The position numbers were made by a program, and so were the translations under genes. DNA of 36,060 nucleotides from Basidiobolus meristosporus CBS 931.73 (Eukaryota > Fungi > Basidiobolomycota), in the NCBI GenBank assembly GCA_002104905.1, contig MCFE01000792.1:1-36060 (forward strand), given 5' to 3'. A model generated the notes under the pieces. That model was not told where the DNA came from. It did not search any database and saw only the letters and a list, made by a program, of their open reading frames with translations. This document shows positions 11,500 through 22,963 of this stretch, in pieces. The first letter of the stretch is position 1. The number at the start of each line of letters is the position of its first letter.

Positions 11500-13780
11500 C
11501 TGAGTCAGGTGAGCTTATGATGTCTTTAGGCTCACCACAGCCTTCTGAATATGGAATGCAGAGTGATAGCTCTGACAAAGAAGGTTTATTGATGGATTGT
11601 GAGCCTACCTCCCCTAACAACAGTACCATGCATGAGCCCAGTCAAATCTCAATATGCAATGAGACAACACCCATTGAAACAACTGCCAAGGATACTTTAT
11701 GGAGCCAAGTGAGCCTGGTAATTCATCTACTGGTGAATGATGTAATGTTGTGGCTAGAGATGTGGCATGTTTTCACTAATATTAGTTAAGGGGGCTGTGA
11801 GGATTTATTACTACTTCTTGCCAAAATCATTCCTGGATGCAACTTACCACCTACATGGTACAAGTGGACAACTGTCATGTGGCTGGCAGCATATGACCCA
11901 GAGACTGTCCTGATTCCAGCATGTGTTAAAAGTTGCATGGCATTCACATAAAAAAATGCTACCATTGCAATGTGTCCAAGTTGTAGAAATCCACCACCAT
12001 GAAGGGAAAACATTATTTACACTCCAGATATATTCCAGTAATACCCCATCTAAAGAAGTGTATGCAGTACTACAAATATTGCAATGCTACATAGTACTGC
12101 ACTTAGTATCAATCAAGTGCAAACATATCTAATATATTCCATGGCAACCATTACAAACAGCTAAGAAGCAAGGGCTACTTTGAATGCATGTATGACCATG
12201 CCTTTTCCTTAGCACTAGATAGATTCTCATTAAACAAGTACTCTACTAGCAAATCCTGCTGGCCACTGATTCTCATCAATCTGAATCTGCTGCCCATCTT
12301 ACGGTATCAGAGCAAAAATCTGATGGTAGTCTCACTGGTATCTGGGCCTAAATCACTATCCAACCTGGATAGCTACCTGTATCCACTGCTAGATAGGTTT
12401 TGTATGCTTTCCAGCAGTCTAACAGTAAATGACTGTCATGTAGAAGTGCATATTATTATCTGCATTGGAGATACCCCAGCCATCAGCATGATGGCAGGTT
12501 TTTCTGGGTGCAATGGACAGTATTGCTGTCAAATGTGTGAGATCCTGGGGTTTTACTCCATAACTCACACACATTATTATTGCCCAAACACCAATGCTCA
12601 GAACATCATCTTCCAACAGAGAGAATAAATAGCAGTCAGCATGCAATTGCAGCAAAGTCAGCTAGTCATAAGCCATTGGCCAGAATATGGAATCAATTGG
12701 AAACCAGAGATACTTAACACAGAGGGTATCTGTTGGTGCAAAAGCTTTCCACTGGGAGCAATGCATTTGCTTTTTAACAATATCCCTATACTGATGACCA
12801 AGTTGTTCATGGGACATTTCAAGCTTAATGAGCCCTTTGATATACCAGAGAAATTTGAAAGAATTTGCAAGATATTACAGAATATCTGATACCCTAGGTA
12901 CTTCTCACAGGCTCCAATCAACATTCATATGCATATGCAACAATACAAATGCAAAGACTGGATGAACTGGATGTGCATTTATTCAAGTGGCTTTCCAAAC
13001 CCATTCTGACCAAGAGTACATGGGAGGCATTGTAGGTCATATGTGGACATTGTAGGAATACCTATCCAGAAGCAGATCACTAATGCCAACTTGACACATC
13101 TACAGCTGCTGTGCAAGGAATTTGTAATGGGATTTGAGCGGCTATACTACAAACATAAAGCTGAACACAAAGATCTCTGCCACTAATGTATTCATTCTCT
13201 ACTCCATCTTGCTTGGTGTGTGGAGAATATTGGACCTTGCTTCACCTTTTGGGAGCTTCCTATGGAGCAGATGTGTGGGGAGATAGGAAGACTAGTCAAG
13301 TTGCAGGTACTACCATATCCCAATCTCATCAAGAATATTACTTTTAAGTCTGTCATGGATGTGATGAGCTGGCATATGGAGGACAGCCAGGAAGAGTTGG
13401 AAATACTGAGGACAGATGTGCACATTGAGACACTAATGCCTATGGCATTAAGAAGTTAAGCAGCCCCAATGCATGGGTTATCAGCTAAGTAATGCAAAGT
13501 TGGGTTGGGTGCAACAAGCAACTAACTTTTATCAGGAAAACTCTACCAAGGTATGCCAGATTTCTCATGGTCACAAGCCAACTTCTACACCATTCAACAT
13601 GGAATTCTTGCAAACAAGAGCTAGAGCACACCTATAAGAGGGACTAGAATCTAGCAGGGAGAAGGAATATATTGGCTAAATACCAAGAAGTATTTTGTGG
13701 ATATTCAGGAGGTAGTCATGGCAGAAGTAGCAACAACAAAGCATATGTTTGCAAGATGTATATATTACAAGCAGTAAAAG
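11500..13780 (+). pseudogene. CACTA/EnSpm (Transposase_21/Tnp2-like) transposase remnant; ends approximate
   Basis: Motifs SCWPLILINLNL..LRY, GPKSLSNLDSYLYPLLD, IGDTPAISMMAGFSGCNG..CCQMC, MHLLFNNI, GPCFTFWELPMEQMCG in ORF pieces 12188-12628, 12641-12889, 13220-13459. Confidence 0.8.
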
Positions 13781-13789
13781 GTATATGCT

Positions 13790-14652
13790 TCTATATTAGG
13801 CAAGTACTTGCGCCAGTACCTGCAATACATGGTTAGCCTATGTCACCATCCCTATCATTTCTATATCAAATAGGGTATCCCTATGTTACACAGGTTTCAG
13901 GGTACAGATTTCTCATTGGTTGGATGTGCTGTGCCTCTTAGAGCCTTCTGGCACCTACTTAGAGTACTCTTAGCTCATTCTGATGTCATTAAGATCTCTA
14001 TTGATCTCTGGAACCTTCTGGAACACCATGATTAGTAATCACTTAGCCAGTGAGAAAAGTATATAAGGGAGGTAATCCCTCAACAATAAATCATCATCCC
14101 TTTTATCAATATACCAATTTTTTGATTAGTGTGATCACTGCTACCTGCTGCTACCTGAGCTTCCAACCCAAAACCACAGGACACTCCCAGGAAACTTCAC
14201 TGACAGCCAACTGACCTTGAAGGCACTACTTGTGAGGAATACTCAGAGTAGGTATCGTTTGTTATATTTGATTCTTTCCCTAGTTTGCTCTTGTACAGGC
14301 AAAGATACTTTTCTGTCTTTGTAACTATTGGCCACAGCTGCATTCTTATCAAGTTGCTGCTGGTGGAATTTACAGTTGTTTTGACTTTGGAAGCTTTAGT
14401 ACATTGTCAACTTAAAGGATGCTGAGCCCAGCACATACTTGTGTTAAGATGCCAACTAAGTTGGGGATTGTAGCTCAATAGTTTTCCCTTGACAAGCTTG
14501 AGGCTTTATTCCCCTTTGCTTTACTGTAGAGACATAACCCAGGTATTCCTAGCAAGCTTTTGCCTAGGGTTGTTGCACCCAGTGAATGCCCACACACAAA
14601 ACACTCAAGAAGTGCTGGACAAATCTCTCCCTTGGACTTATACACCACCACA
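13790..14652 (+). repeat. LTR-like repeat 'family B', copy 2, inserted in CACTA X (left end uncertain)
   Basis: Aligns with 2745-3346 at both ends; middle ~14270-14550 aligns with the Gypsy leader ~18205-18487; ATGCT at 13785-13789 and 14653-14657 is a possible TSD. Confidence 0.55.
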
Positions 14653-14791
14653 ATGCTGTTGTGGTCTTGTCACTACATCATCAAGAGGGTCACTAATTCC
14701 AACCTGTTGGTATTATGATGGACTCCAAACAGGATCCTGATGGCTGATCTGAATTGGATCCACCTGTGGGACCAAATTATTTTTCATAGGG

Positions 14792-16700
14792 TTTACTACA
14801 AAGAATAAACTGAAGTAGCTCAATGTCACAGCCAATATTGAGCCATTTCCAATTATAACAGCAGAGGAACACAATACAGTCTCTGAAGCACAACAACAGT
14901 GTGCAAAGATAAAGCCCACAGAAAAACCTATTAAATCATGGGAGGGAGAGACTGAGGTGTTTGTATCAAAGCCAAAAATTAAAAGGCTCTGAAGATTCAT
15001 GAATCTGTTGAGTGCAATAAGGAAGAGTTGTCTAATACTCAAGAGGCCTTTAGAAGTCTAGCATGGTATCACCTTAAGGCCAGCATACCATGGGACCATC
15101 TGGAACTCAAGGCCAAGCAGAATGTGCTTGACCTGTTCCACAAGTATTATCCTGGATTCAAGCAAGCAAACAGATTTTGGGCCAGCATTGGCATGCTAAG
15201 AAAGTATCTCAGGAACATCAGAGACTAGCAAAGGCAGAAGAACAAGGGTGCCACAGCTAAAAACCAGTGGCATCCTCAAGAGCTTGTTACAAGCAGGGCT
15301 GAAAGTTCCAAACAAATGGCACAGAAACATCTGGTAGCCAAAGAGTGCCAGTAAGGTACATGCAGGCAGACACAGATGCATCAGTGCAGTATTCATCAAG
15401 GAGAAAATGTAGCTCAATTCAAGAAGCACTCAGTCTCAGTAGCAGTGAAGGACTTGACAGTGATAAAGCCCCACAGCTTTATCAGGATCCAGTCACAAGC
15501 AAGACTGGAAGTTCCAAATAAGTGATAAAGAGATGTCAGGTTGCCATGAGAGTGGTGGCAAGGGACAAGCTGGCAAAACAGATGCACCAGTGCAGCATTC
15601 ATCAAGGAGAAAAAAAGCACAATACAAGCAGCACTCATGTAAAGTAGCAGTGAAAGACATGGCAGTGATAGTAGTAAAAGTGAAGAGACTAAAGTCTACC
15701 CAAGCCAGAGACAGGGAAGCATGAGAAAAAGCTACAGTTCTCACCAATTAATGCCAACAGCCCAGAATAAGCTGAATCCCATCATAGCCAAGAATTACTA
15801 ACAGGACAAAAGCTACTTTCTTAAGAGTCAGAAGCACAGCCAGTTTAGCTACACACCAGTGAGGTAGAGTAGTTTGCAGAGAATAGCAATTTCTCTACCA
15901 CTACCCCCACATCCTTCATTATAGACAGAGTGGAGATCCCACTGACTGACAAAGAAACAAATTCAAGAACTCATAAGGTCATCACAATGCCTACAGTGGA
16001 ATTTTGGGCCATTAATAGGCACCCCCAAGAAATTGCAGCACTTCTTCAAGAGCAGTGCTCCAGAAAATGCACTTTAATATTGCAAGGACTTATTGCAAAG
16101 AGTAGCAGATGAGGTGCTAGACTTTTCAGTGCTGGCTAAAGATCTGGATGTGTGGGAACCAGTGAATGAACAGTGGCATAAAGCCTCAGGGTTCCTGCTG
16201 AAGTCATGGAAACAAGGTGTTACAGCAGAGAAACTTATTGAATGGTGGATTTTAATGCAGCTACTTGTTGAGTGTGAGGTTGGGCTTGATGTAAGTGTTG
16301 GGTATAGGAACTTGTATAGGTCAATACAATTGATAATTTAGGTACAACTGAAGTTCCAATGGAAGTAAATCAATTTGTATGCATGAAAAGTAAGAGAATT
16401 GGCTGGGTCAGGAAGTAAGGAGTGTGAAAAAGAGGCAATAGCCAACCAACATGCACAAACATAGGGGGTGATTGAGTGTCTGGGATAAGCAAGTGAGACA
16501 ATTGGCAGGGTACCAATCAAAATCCACTTTTGTGTTGTTGTGAAGAATAAATTTGACCAAGTTTGTTGTGAAATCTGGGGTGCAATTATTTTTCAATAGT
16601 CTTTGCACATAATCCTGACAGGATCAATACCTCTTAGTCATGGGATGTTAATTTTGTGACAGCCTTTTGATGGGATCATCACATTTATTTCTTGTAGGGC
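14792..16700 (+). mobile_element. CACTA-like element Y, right fragment with terminal TIR
   Basis: Reverse-complement homolog of 8643-~10550; ends TTTTCTTGTAGGG (16688-16700), i.e. CCCTACAAGAAAA on the minus strand, one base from the classical CACTACAAGAAAA TIR. Confidence 0.8.
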
Positions 16701-17583
16701 AAAATCCAGCCTATGTAAGAAGTTCAAGATGTCTGATCTAGGAGAACTCAGTTACTACTTAGGAATACAGTTCCTCATAGACAGAAGCACCCAGACTATC
16801 ACCCTGAGCCAGTCCAAGTATATTTAAGATATACTGGAGATGTACCAAATGAAGGAATATTTACTGGCAGCTACCTTAGTGGAGACAAACCTTAACTTGG
16901 TCAAAACTCAACCAAATCAAGAGAGCTTGGGGCCATCTGATAGCCCTGACTTCTCTTATCAATCTAAGGTTGGTAGTCCAATGTATATCATGCTTGGAAC
17001 ATGTCCACATATCTCATATTCAGTGGAAGTTGTCAGCTAGCATAATCAGAACTATGGATCTGATCATATTGCAGCAGTTAAGTGGATTTTTGGATACCTA
17101 AAAGGAACTGCTGATATCTGCTTAAGGTACACCCATAAGGGTTCAGAACAGGATCTTGTGGGTTACTCTGAAGCTGATTGGGGACAATATTTGGAGGACA
17201 GAAGATCCACCACAGGATACACCTTTCTTTACTGTAAAGGAGCAATTTCATGGAATTTAAGAAAGCAACCAACTGTAGCACTTTCTACCACAGAAGCAGA
17301 GTATATGGCAGCCTGTGAGGCTACAAAAGAAGCAATGTGGCGAAGAAAGCTTTTTGACGACTTAGGCTTATGTCAAAAATCATCAATTACTTTATTTCAA
17401 AATAATCATGGATGTATATAGTTAGGTAGATAACCAACTTTTCATGCTAGAACTAAGCACATATATATTAGTCATCATTTCATACATGAAGCTATAGAGA
17501 ATAACTTGGTCAACTTAGCTTACTGTCCTACAGATGAAATGATTGCAGGCATATTTACCAAACCATTAGCTAGACACAAATTT

Positions 17584-18104
17584 TGTCATGATCACATGAC
17601 AACCATGAACACCCATGCCAAGTTTCAGCTTCCCAGCTCAATTTCTAAGAGATTCCTTCCGGAACCTTCTACCACCTTCCAGAAAGTTCCTGACCATTCC
17701 AAACCATTGTTACACAACGGAACATTCCATGGAAGCTTTCCATCGTATTTTTTATAGTCCAGTACCATATATGGAAATACCAGGTCACATGACTTAGTCA
17801 CATGATCAGGTGACCCAATCCATTTCCCCATCCTGTCTCAGTACCGTGTCATCTATGTCATTATCCCCAGCACCATTGCTGTGCCTCACCCCACAACCCC
17901 ATTAGTATTAGCTAACATCTCTTGGCATCAATATAGCCAAAAAGTATATATAGTCCTATCCCCCCTTAAGTATTCCTCAGTCTGATAAACACAGGTCTTG
18001 AATAAACAGCCTTGCCTTGAATCCTGCCTTGCCTTGATGGTCCACACCTAAGTCCTTTCCTGCCGTGCCTAGCTTTTCCTCCTGCCTTGTGTCTATTCAT
18101 AACA
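17584..18104 (+). repeat. 5' LTR
   Basis: TGTCATG...TCATAACA; TATATATA 17945-17952; AATAAA 18001-18006. Confidence 0.97.
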
Positions 18105-18106
18105 GT

Positions 18107-18117
18107 TTTATCAGACT
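18107..18117 (+). promoter_or_regulatory. Self-priming primer-binding site
   Basis: TTTATCAGACT is the exact reverse complement of AGTCTGATAAA at 17979-17989; no TGG-type tRNA PBS. Confidence 0.8.
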
Positions 18118-18510
18118 CTCCTGACTTACCTGTGGATCCCTGCCTTCTGCCCAAAGTTTGAAGAAAACTTGTAAAAGGAATACTCACCGTAAGTATCACC
18201 CATCATCTTTCCCTAGTCTTGTCCTATAAAGGCAAAGATACTTTATCTTTGTAAAACTATTGGTCAAAGCTGCATTCACTTTATTACCCTGCTGGTGGAG
18301 TTTACAGTTGTTATAGTATTGGAAGCTTTAGTACAACACTCTATCAAAGGACGTTGAAACCAGTACCTTCTGAAGTGACGCTAACTTATTTAAGTTGGGG
18401 ATTGTGGCTCAATAGTTGTATTCTTGACATACTAGTGGCTTTACAAACCCACAACCTAGTTTAGTATATTCCAGTATTCCTTGCAAGTTCATCCGCCTTC
18501 CTCTGCTACC

Positions 18511-19442
18511 ATGTCCAACCTAGAGCTGAACTTTGCCCAGCTCATGGCTGCCTTTACTCAACTGCAGCAAGACCATGCAGACCTCAGAAACACTCTTGCT
18601 CAGTTCCAGAACCAAAGTGCCCAGCAAACTAGCCATGTCCCAGTCTACCAAGAACCCAAGTATACTCCTGCTACCAAGTTCAATGGCTCTCAGAATGAAT
18701 TCCGTGGCTTCATCAACATGGTGAAGAACAATCTTGCACTCCAGCCCAACCGGTACCCCACTGACCAGGCCAAAGTTGGTTTCATCTCCAACCTGCTTAC
18801 TGGTACAGCTCTCAAGTGGTTCTCCCCATTGGTGGAGACCAACTCTCCCCTACTCAGAGACTACCAAGCCTTCTCACTGAAATGGAGCTAACATTTGGTA
18901 ACCTTGACCAAGCCAGAACTGCTGCCAACAAGATCAAGACCCTCAAGCAAGGGAACAAACCAGCATCAGTCTATGCCTCAGAATTCCGACAACTCTCCAG
19001 TGACCTCAGCTCCTGGGGTCAAGCAGCCTTGATAAGCCAATTCCAAGATGGCCTTAATGATGAAGTTTGTGATCTGCTACTCACACTCCCAGATCCAGAT
19101 ACATTGGTTGAAGCTATGCACCAGGCAATCCGGTGTGATAACAGACTATTCCAGAAGAAGCAAAAGAATCGTCAAAGACACATTCCTGTTGCAGTCCCAG
19201 CCCTTCCTGCTCCCCAAGTCACTCCAGAAGATCCTATGCAGATTGATAGTGCCAAATACAAGAAACTATCAAAGAGTGAAAAGTCCAGACGTCAACAAGC
19301 CAACCTCTGTCTATACTGTGGCCAACCAGGTCACTTTGCCAAGTCCTGCCCCAACAAGAAGTCCAGCTTCAAGCTGATGCAGTCCTCCAGCAACCAACCT
19401 GATCCAGATCTGTCGGGAAACTCCAATGTCCAGTTGCACTGA
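18511..19442 (+). CDS. gag: Gag (capsid-like region plus CCHC zinc knuckle) with one 1-nt deletion at ~18873
   Basis: ORFs 18481-18891 and 18816-19442 join if TTC-TC-ACT is read TTC-CTC-ACT; the old copy is continuous here (YHTILTVMELTFG). Confidence 0.9.
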
Positions 19443-19535
19443 CAGGCTTGCAACTGGACCCACCCATGAAAATCCAGCATATCCAAGAATCTTCCTTTGC
19501 CACAAAATCTATCCAGTCCTTGAGAATGCCTGTCA
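19415..19535 (+). other. -1 programmed ribosomal frameshift signal (slippery heptamer, stem-loop, predicted pseudoknot)
   Basis: G GGA AAC at 19415-19421 in gag phase; 6-nt spacer; 11-bp stem 19428-19438/19449-19459; loop TGACAGGC complementary to GCCTGTCA 19528-19535; pol lies in the -1 frame. Confidence 0.85.
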
Positions 19536-22500
19536 AAATCCAGATCCCTGACTCTGGTCCTGTCCCAGCCCTAGCCCTGATTGATTCCGGTGCTTCATCC
19601 TGTTTCATTGACCAAGCCTTTGTCCAGAAGCACTCTATTCCTGTTACCTTGAAATCCTGTCCAGTCCAAGTAGAAGTTATTGATGGAAGATCACTCTCCT
19701 CTGGTGCCGTTACCCATGAAACATGCTTACTCCAGCTGTCCAGTACTGCCCACCAAGAAAGAATTGCCTTCAACATCATCAACTCACCACACTATCCTAT
19801 TGTGCTTGGAAGCTCATGGTTGAGCTACCACAATCCAAGTATTGATTGGAAATCCAAGATCCTGTCATTCACCAGATCCCACCAAGTCAACTCCATGAAA
19901 TCCCCAGACCCTGATAACCGTGAAAAGACGGTTGCCAACAGTTCAACAGCCAAAGATACCTTGCCAGCTGAAGGAGCCCCCTCAGCAACTATACCAGCCA
20001 AGTACCAAGAGTTTGCCCATGTCTTTGACAAGAAGAAAGCAGAACTCCTCCCTGACCATTGGCCTTATGACTGCCCTATTGACCTTGAAGATGGAAAAGT
20101 CCCTCCATTTGGCCCAATATATAACCTCTCCCAGCCGGAGTTGAAAGAACTCCATGGTTATATTCAAGAAAACCTCCAGAAGGGTTTTATTCAGCACTCC
20201 AAATCACCTGCTGGAGCCCCAATCCTCTTTGTCAAGAAGAAGGATGGCACCCTCAGAATGTGTGTGGACTACCGTGCTTTGAATAAGATCACAGTCAAGA
20301 ATCGCTACCCCCTGCCCCTGATCAACACACTGTTGGATCAGCTATCTGCTGCCCAAGTCTTCACCAAGATAGACTTGAGAGGAGCTTACAATCTTGTCAG
20401 AATCAAGCCTGGTGATGAATGGAAAACTGCCTTTTGCACAAGATATGGCCACTTTGAATACAAAGTAATGCCATTTGGCCTCACCAATGCCCCTGCTGTG
20501 TTTCAACACCTCATGAATGACATATTCCGCAAATACCTTGACCATTTTGTGGTAATCTACCTTGATGATATTCTCATATACTCCAAGAGACAAGATGAAC
20601 ATGATGAACATGTCAAGAAAGTATTGAGAAAACTAGACTCTGCCGGTCTCTATGCCAAGCTAGAGAAGTGTGAATTTGACCAGAGAGAAGTGGAATTTCT
20701 TGGTTATCTCATCAGCCCTGAGGGAACAAGAATGGACCCAAAGAAAGTTGACTCAGTCCAATCCTGGAAAACTCCAAGCTCAGTCAAGGAAGTACAATCC
20801 TTCCTGGGATTTGCCAACTTCTATCGCAGGTTCATAGCCAACTACTCCAAGATAGTCACCCCTCTGACAAAGCTTACCCAGAAGAACACACCTTTTGCCT
20901 GGAATGAGGAGCAATCCAGCTCATTCTACCAACTCAAGAAATCTTTCCTGAAGGCCCCCCTGCTTGCCCACCCTGACCTTGAGAAGCAATTCATAGTGGA
21001 GACTGATGCTTCTGATTTTGCCCTTGGTGCCATACTCTCCCAGTATGATGAGGACAATGTGTTGCACCCCATTGCATTCTACTCTCGGAAGTTTTCCCCT
21101 GCAGAGATCAACTATGATATCTATGATAAGGAGTTGCTTGCCATCATTGTAGCCTTTGAGCAATGGAGACACTACCTGGACGGTGCAAAACACAAAATCA
21201 AAGTCTTCTGTGACCATAAGAACCTTGAGTACTTTACAACTTCCAAAGTACTAAACCGGAGACAAGCCAGATGGTCACTCTTCCTGTCCAGCTTTGACTT
21301 TACTATCACCTATAGACCTGGTGCAAAGCAAGGAAAGCCTGATGCCCTGTCCAGAAAAAAGGAATATGCCCTGGAAGAGGGAGATGATGCCTGTCGGCAA
21401 ATGGAACACCCATTGCTGAGCAAGAAACATTTTGAGATTCTTGCCACCCAGTCCTCAAGTCTTGTCATCCCTTCATTCCTAGTAAGGATATCAGAATCCC
21501 AAGCCTCTGATATGACTTCCAGCACCATCAAGAAATATCTGGAATCCCCAGTTGGGCCCCCTCCCAAGTTCCCAAACATCCAGAACCTGCATTTGGTAAA
21601 CAACCTCATCTACCACAAGCAGCAGCTTTATGTCCCAGACCTTGCCACCCAGCTAGACATCATTAAGTCTCGGCATGATTCAATGGCTGCAGGCCACTTT
21701 GGTACTGCCAAAACCTTGAATGCTATCAAAAGAGATTTCTGGTGGCCTAGAATGATAACTCTTATCAAAGAGTACATTCTGACTTGTGATATTTGCAACC
21801 GTGCAAAACCAGCCAGACACCAGCCCTATGGACTTCTTCAACCCCTGCCTATCCCAGAACACCAATGGAGATCTATATCTATGGACTTCATTACTGACCT
21901 CCCTGAGTCATGTGGCTTCAATGCTATACTTGTAGTGGCTGACCGGCTGACCAAGATGGCTCACTTCATCCCTTGCTGTAAGAACACTGATGCAAAAGAA
22001 ACTGCTGCTTTAGTCCTGAAGAATATTTTCCGCCTTCATGGTATCCCCAGTGATATTGTGTCAGATAGAGGCCCACAGTTTGTGTCCAAGTTTTGGAAAC
22101 ACTTCATGCAATACCTTGGTGTTCAAGTCAAGCTCTCTACTGCCTTCCATCCACAGTCTGATGGCCAGACTGAAAGAATCAACCAGATTCTGGAGCAATA
22201 CCTCCGGTGCTATATCAATTACCAGCAAGACAATTGGGTTGATCTACTCCCTGTTGCTGAGTTTGCCTACAACAACTCAAGTCATAGTGCAACCGGTTTT
22301 ACACCATTCTATGCAAACTATGGATTCCACCCTCAGTTTGATATCCAGATTCCAACAAACCCAATGAGCCCACATGCGGCTGAACATGCCCAAGCAATCC
22401 AGGACATCCAGAACACCCTCAAGGAAGAGCTATCCTTAGCTCAGGAAAGCTACAAGAAATTTGCCAATCTAAAACGGCATCCCAGCCCTGATCTTAATGA

Positions 22501-22963
22501 AGGAGATTCTGTATGGTTGCTCAGAAGAAACATCAGCACCAACCGCCCTTGTGACAAGTTGGATTTCAAGAAACTTGGTCCCTTCAAGATCAAGAAGAAG
22601 CTTAGCCCTATAGTATATCAGCTACAGTTACCAGCAAGTATGAAAATCCATGATACTTTCCATGTGTCCCTCCTGGAGCCGTATTGTAGGAACACATTGC
22701 CAAACCGGCAAGAAGCAAAGCCCCAAGCTATCCAGGTTGACCAACATCAAGAATTTGAAGTTAAACAGATTCTAGACTCCAAGTATATCCGGTCAAAGCT
22801 GTACTACTTAGTAGACTGGATTGGTTATGGCCCAAGTGACCAAACATGGGAACCAGCTACACATCTCACTAATTGTCAAGAACTAGTTACCCAGTTCCAC
22901 CAACAATATCCTGCAAAACCTGCCCCAAAGGGAAACAGAGCTCCGCCTGGAAGAGGAGAATAG
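19421..22963 (+). CDS. pol: Pol polyprotein (aspartic protease, RT, RNase H, integrase, chromodomain), reached by -1 frameshift
   Basis: Uninterrupted ORF: LIDSGAS, YLDD, ETDAS, H..H/CDIC zinc finger, SMDFI..SDRG..ER, C-terminal [21 protein letters not shown]. Confidence 0.97.
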   Translation, partial: LQCPVALTGLQLDPPMKIQHIQESSFATKSIQSLRMPVKIQIPDSGPVPALALIDSGASSCFIDQAFVQKHSIPVTLKSCPVQVEVIDGRSLSSGAVTHETCLLQLSSTAHQERIAFNIINSPHYPIVLGSSWLSYHNPSIDWKSKILSFTRSHQVNSMKSPDPDNREKTVANSSTAKDTLPAEGAPSATIPAKYQEFAHVFDKKKAELLPDHWPYDCPIDLEDGKVPPFGPIYNLSQPELKELHGYIQENLQKGFIQHSKSPAGAPILFVKKKDGTLRMCVDYRALNKITVKNRYPLPLINTLLDQLSAAQVFTKIDLRGAYNLVRIKPGDEWKTAFCTRYGHFEYKVMPFGLTNAPAVFQHLMNDIFRKYLDHFVVIYLDDILIYSKRQDEHDEHVKKVLRKLDSAGLYAKLEKCEFDQREVEFLGYLISPEGTRMDPKKVDSVQSWKTPSSVKEVQSFLGFANFYRRFIANYSKIVTPLTKLTQKNTPFAWNEEQSSSFYQLKKSFLKAPLLAHPDLEKQFIVETDASDFALGAILSQYDEDNVLHPIAFYSRKFSPAEINYDIYDKELLAIIVAFEQWRHYLDGAKHKIKVFCDHKNLEYFTTSKVLNRRQARWSLFLSSFDFTITYRPGAKQGKPDALSRKKEYALEEGDDACRQMEHPLLSKKHFEILATQSSSLVIPSFLVRISESQASDMTSSTIKKYLESPVGPPPKFPNIQNLHLVNNLIYHKQQLYVPDLATQLDIIKSRHDSMAAGHFGTAKTLNAIKRDFWWPRMITLIKEYILTCDICNRAKPARHQPYGLLQPLPIPEHQWRSISMDFITDLPESCGFNAILVVADRLTKMAHFIPCCKNTDAKETAALVLKNIFRLHGIPSDIVSDRGPQFVSKFWKHFMQYLGVQVKLSTAFHPQSDGQTERINQILEQYLRCYINYQQDNWVDLLPVAEFAYNNSSHSATGFTPFYANYGFHPQFDIQIPTNPMSPHAAEHAQAIQDIQNTLKEELSLAQESYKKFANLKRHPSPDLNEGDSVWLLRRNISTNRPCDKLDFKKLGPFKIKKKLSPIVYQLQLPASMKIHDTFHVSLLEPYCRNTLPNRQEAKPQAIQVDQHQEFEVKQILDSKYIRSKLYYLVDWIGYGPSDQTWEPATHLTNCQELVTQFHQQYPAKPAPKGNRAPPGRGE
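22949..22963 (+). promoter_or_regulatory. Polypurine tract overlapping the pol stop codon
   Basis: GGAAGAGGAGAATAG immediately before the 3' LTR TG at 22964. Confidence 0.85.

Larger units (their letters stand above)
8643..14791 (+). mobile_element. CACTA/EnSpm (CMC)-like DNA transposon X, apparently complete but degenerate
   Basis: Degenerate TIRs TCCTATGAATATTA (8643) and TAATTATTTTTCATAGGG-like end (to 14791); TTT on both flanks (8640-8642, 14792-14794); contains a Tnp2-like transposase remnant and a divergent accessory ORF. Confidence 0.75.

Noticed and set aside
8643-16700. Giant foldback or MULE-like element with ~2-kb TIRs
   Set aside because: The arms are explained by two sister CACTA copies in opposite orientation, with a TSD-supported nesting junction.
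19448-19450. TTG as an independent pol start codon
   Set aside because: It lies in the frameshift hairpin; the frame is open from the slippery site, so a Gag-Pol fusion is the simpler reading.
19369-21865. Minus-strand ORFs antisense to pol (e.g. 19369-19782, 20342-20611, 20921-21217)
   Set aside because: Shadow frames of a long ORF with no recognisable motifs.
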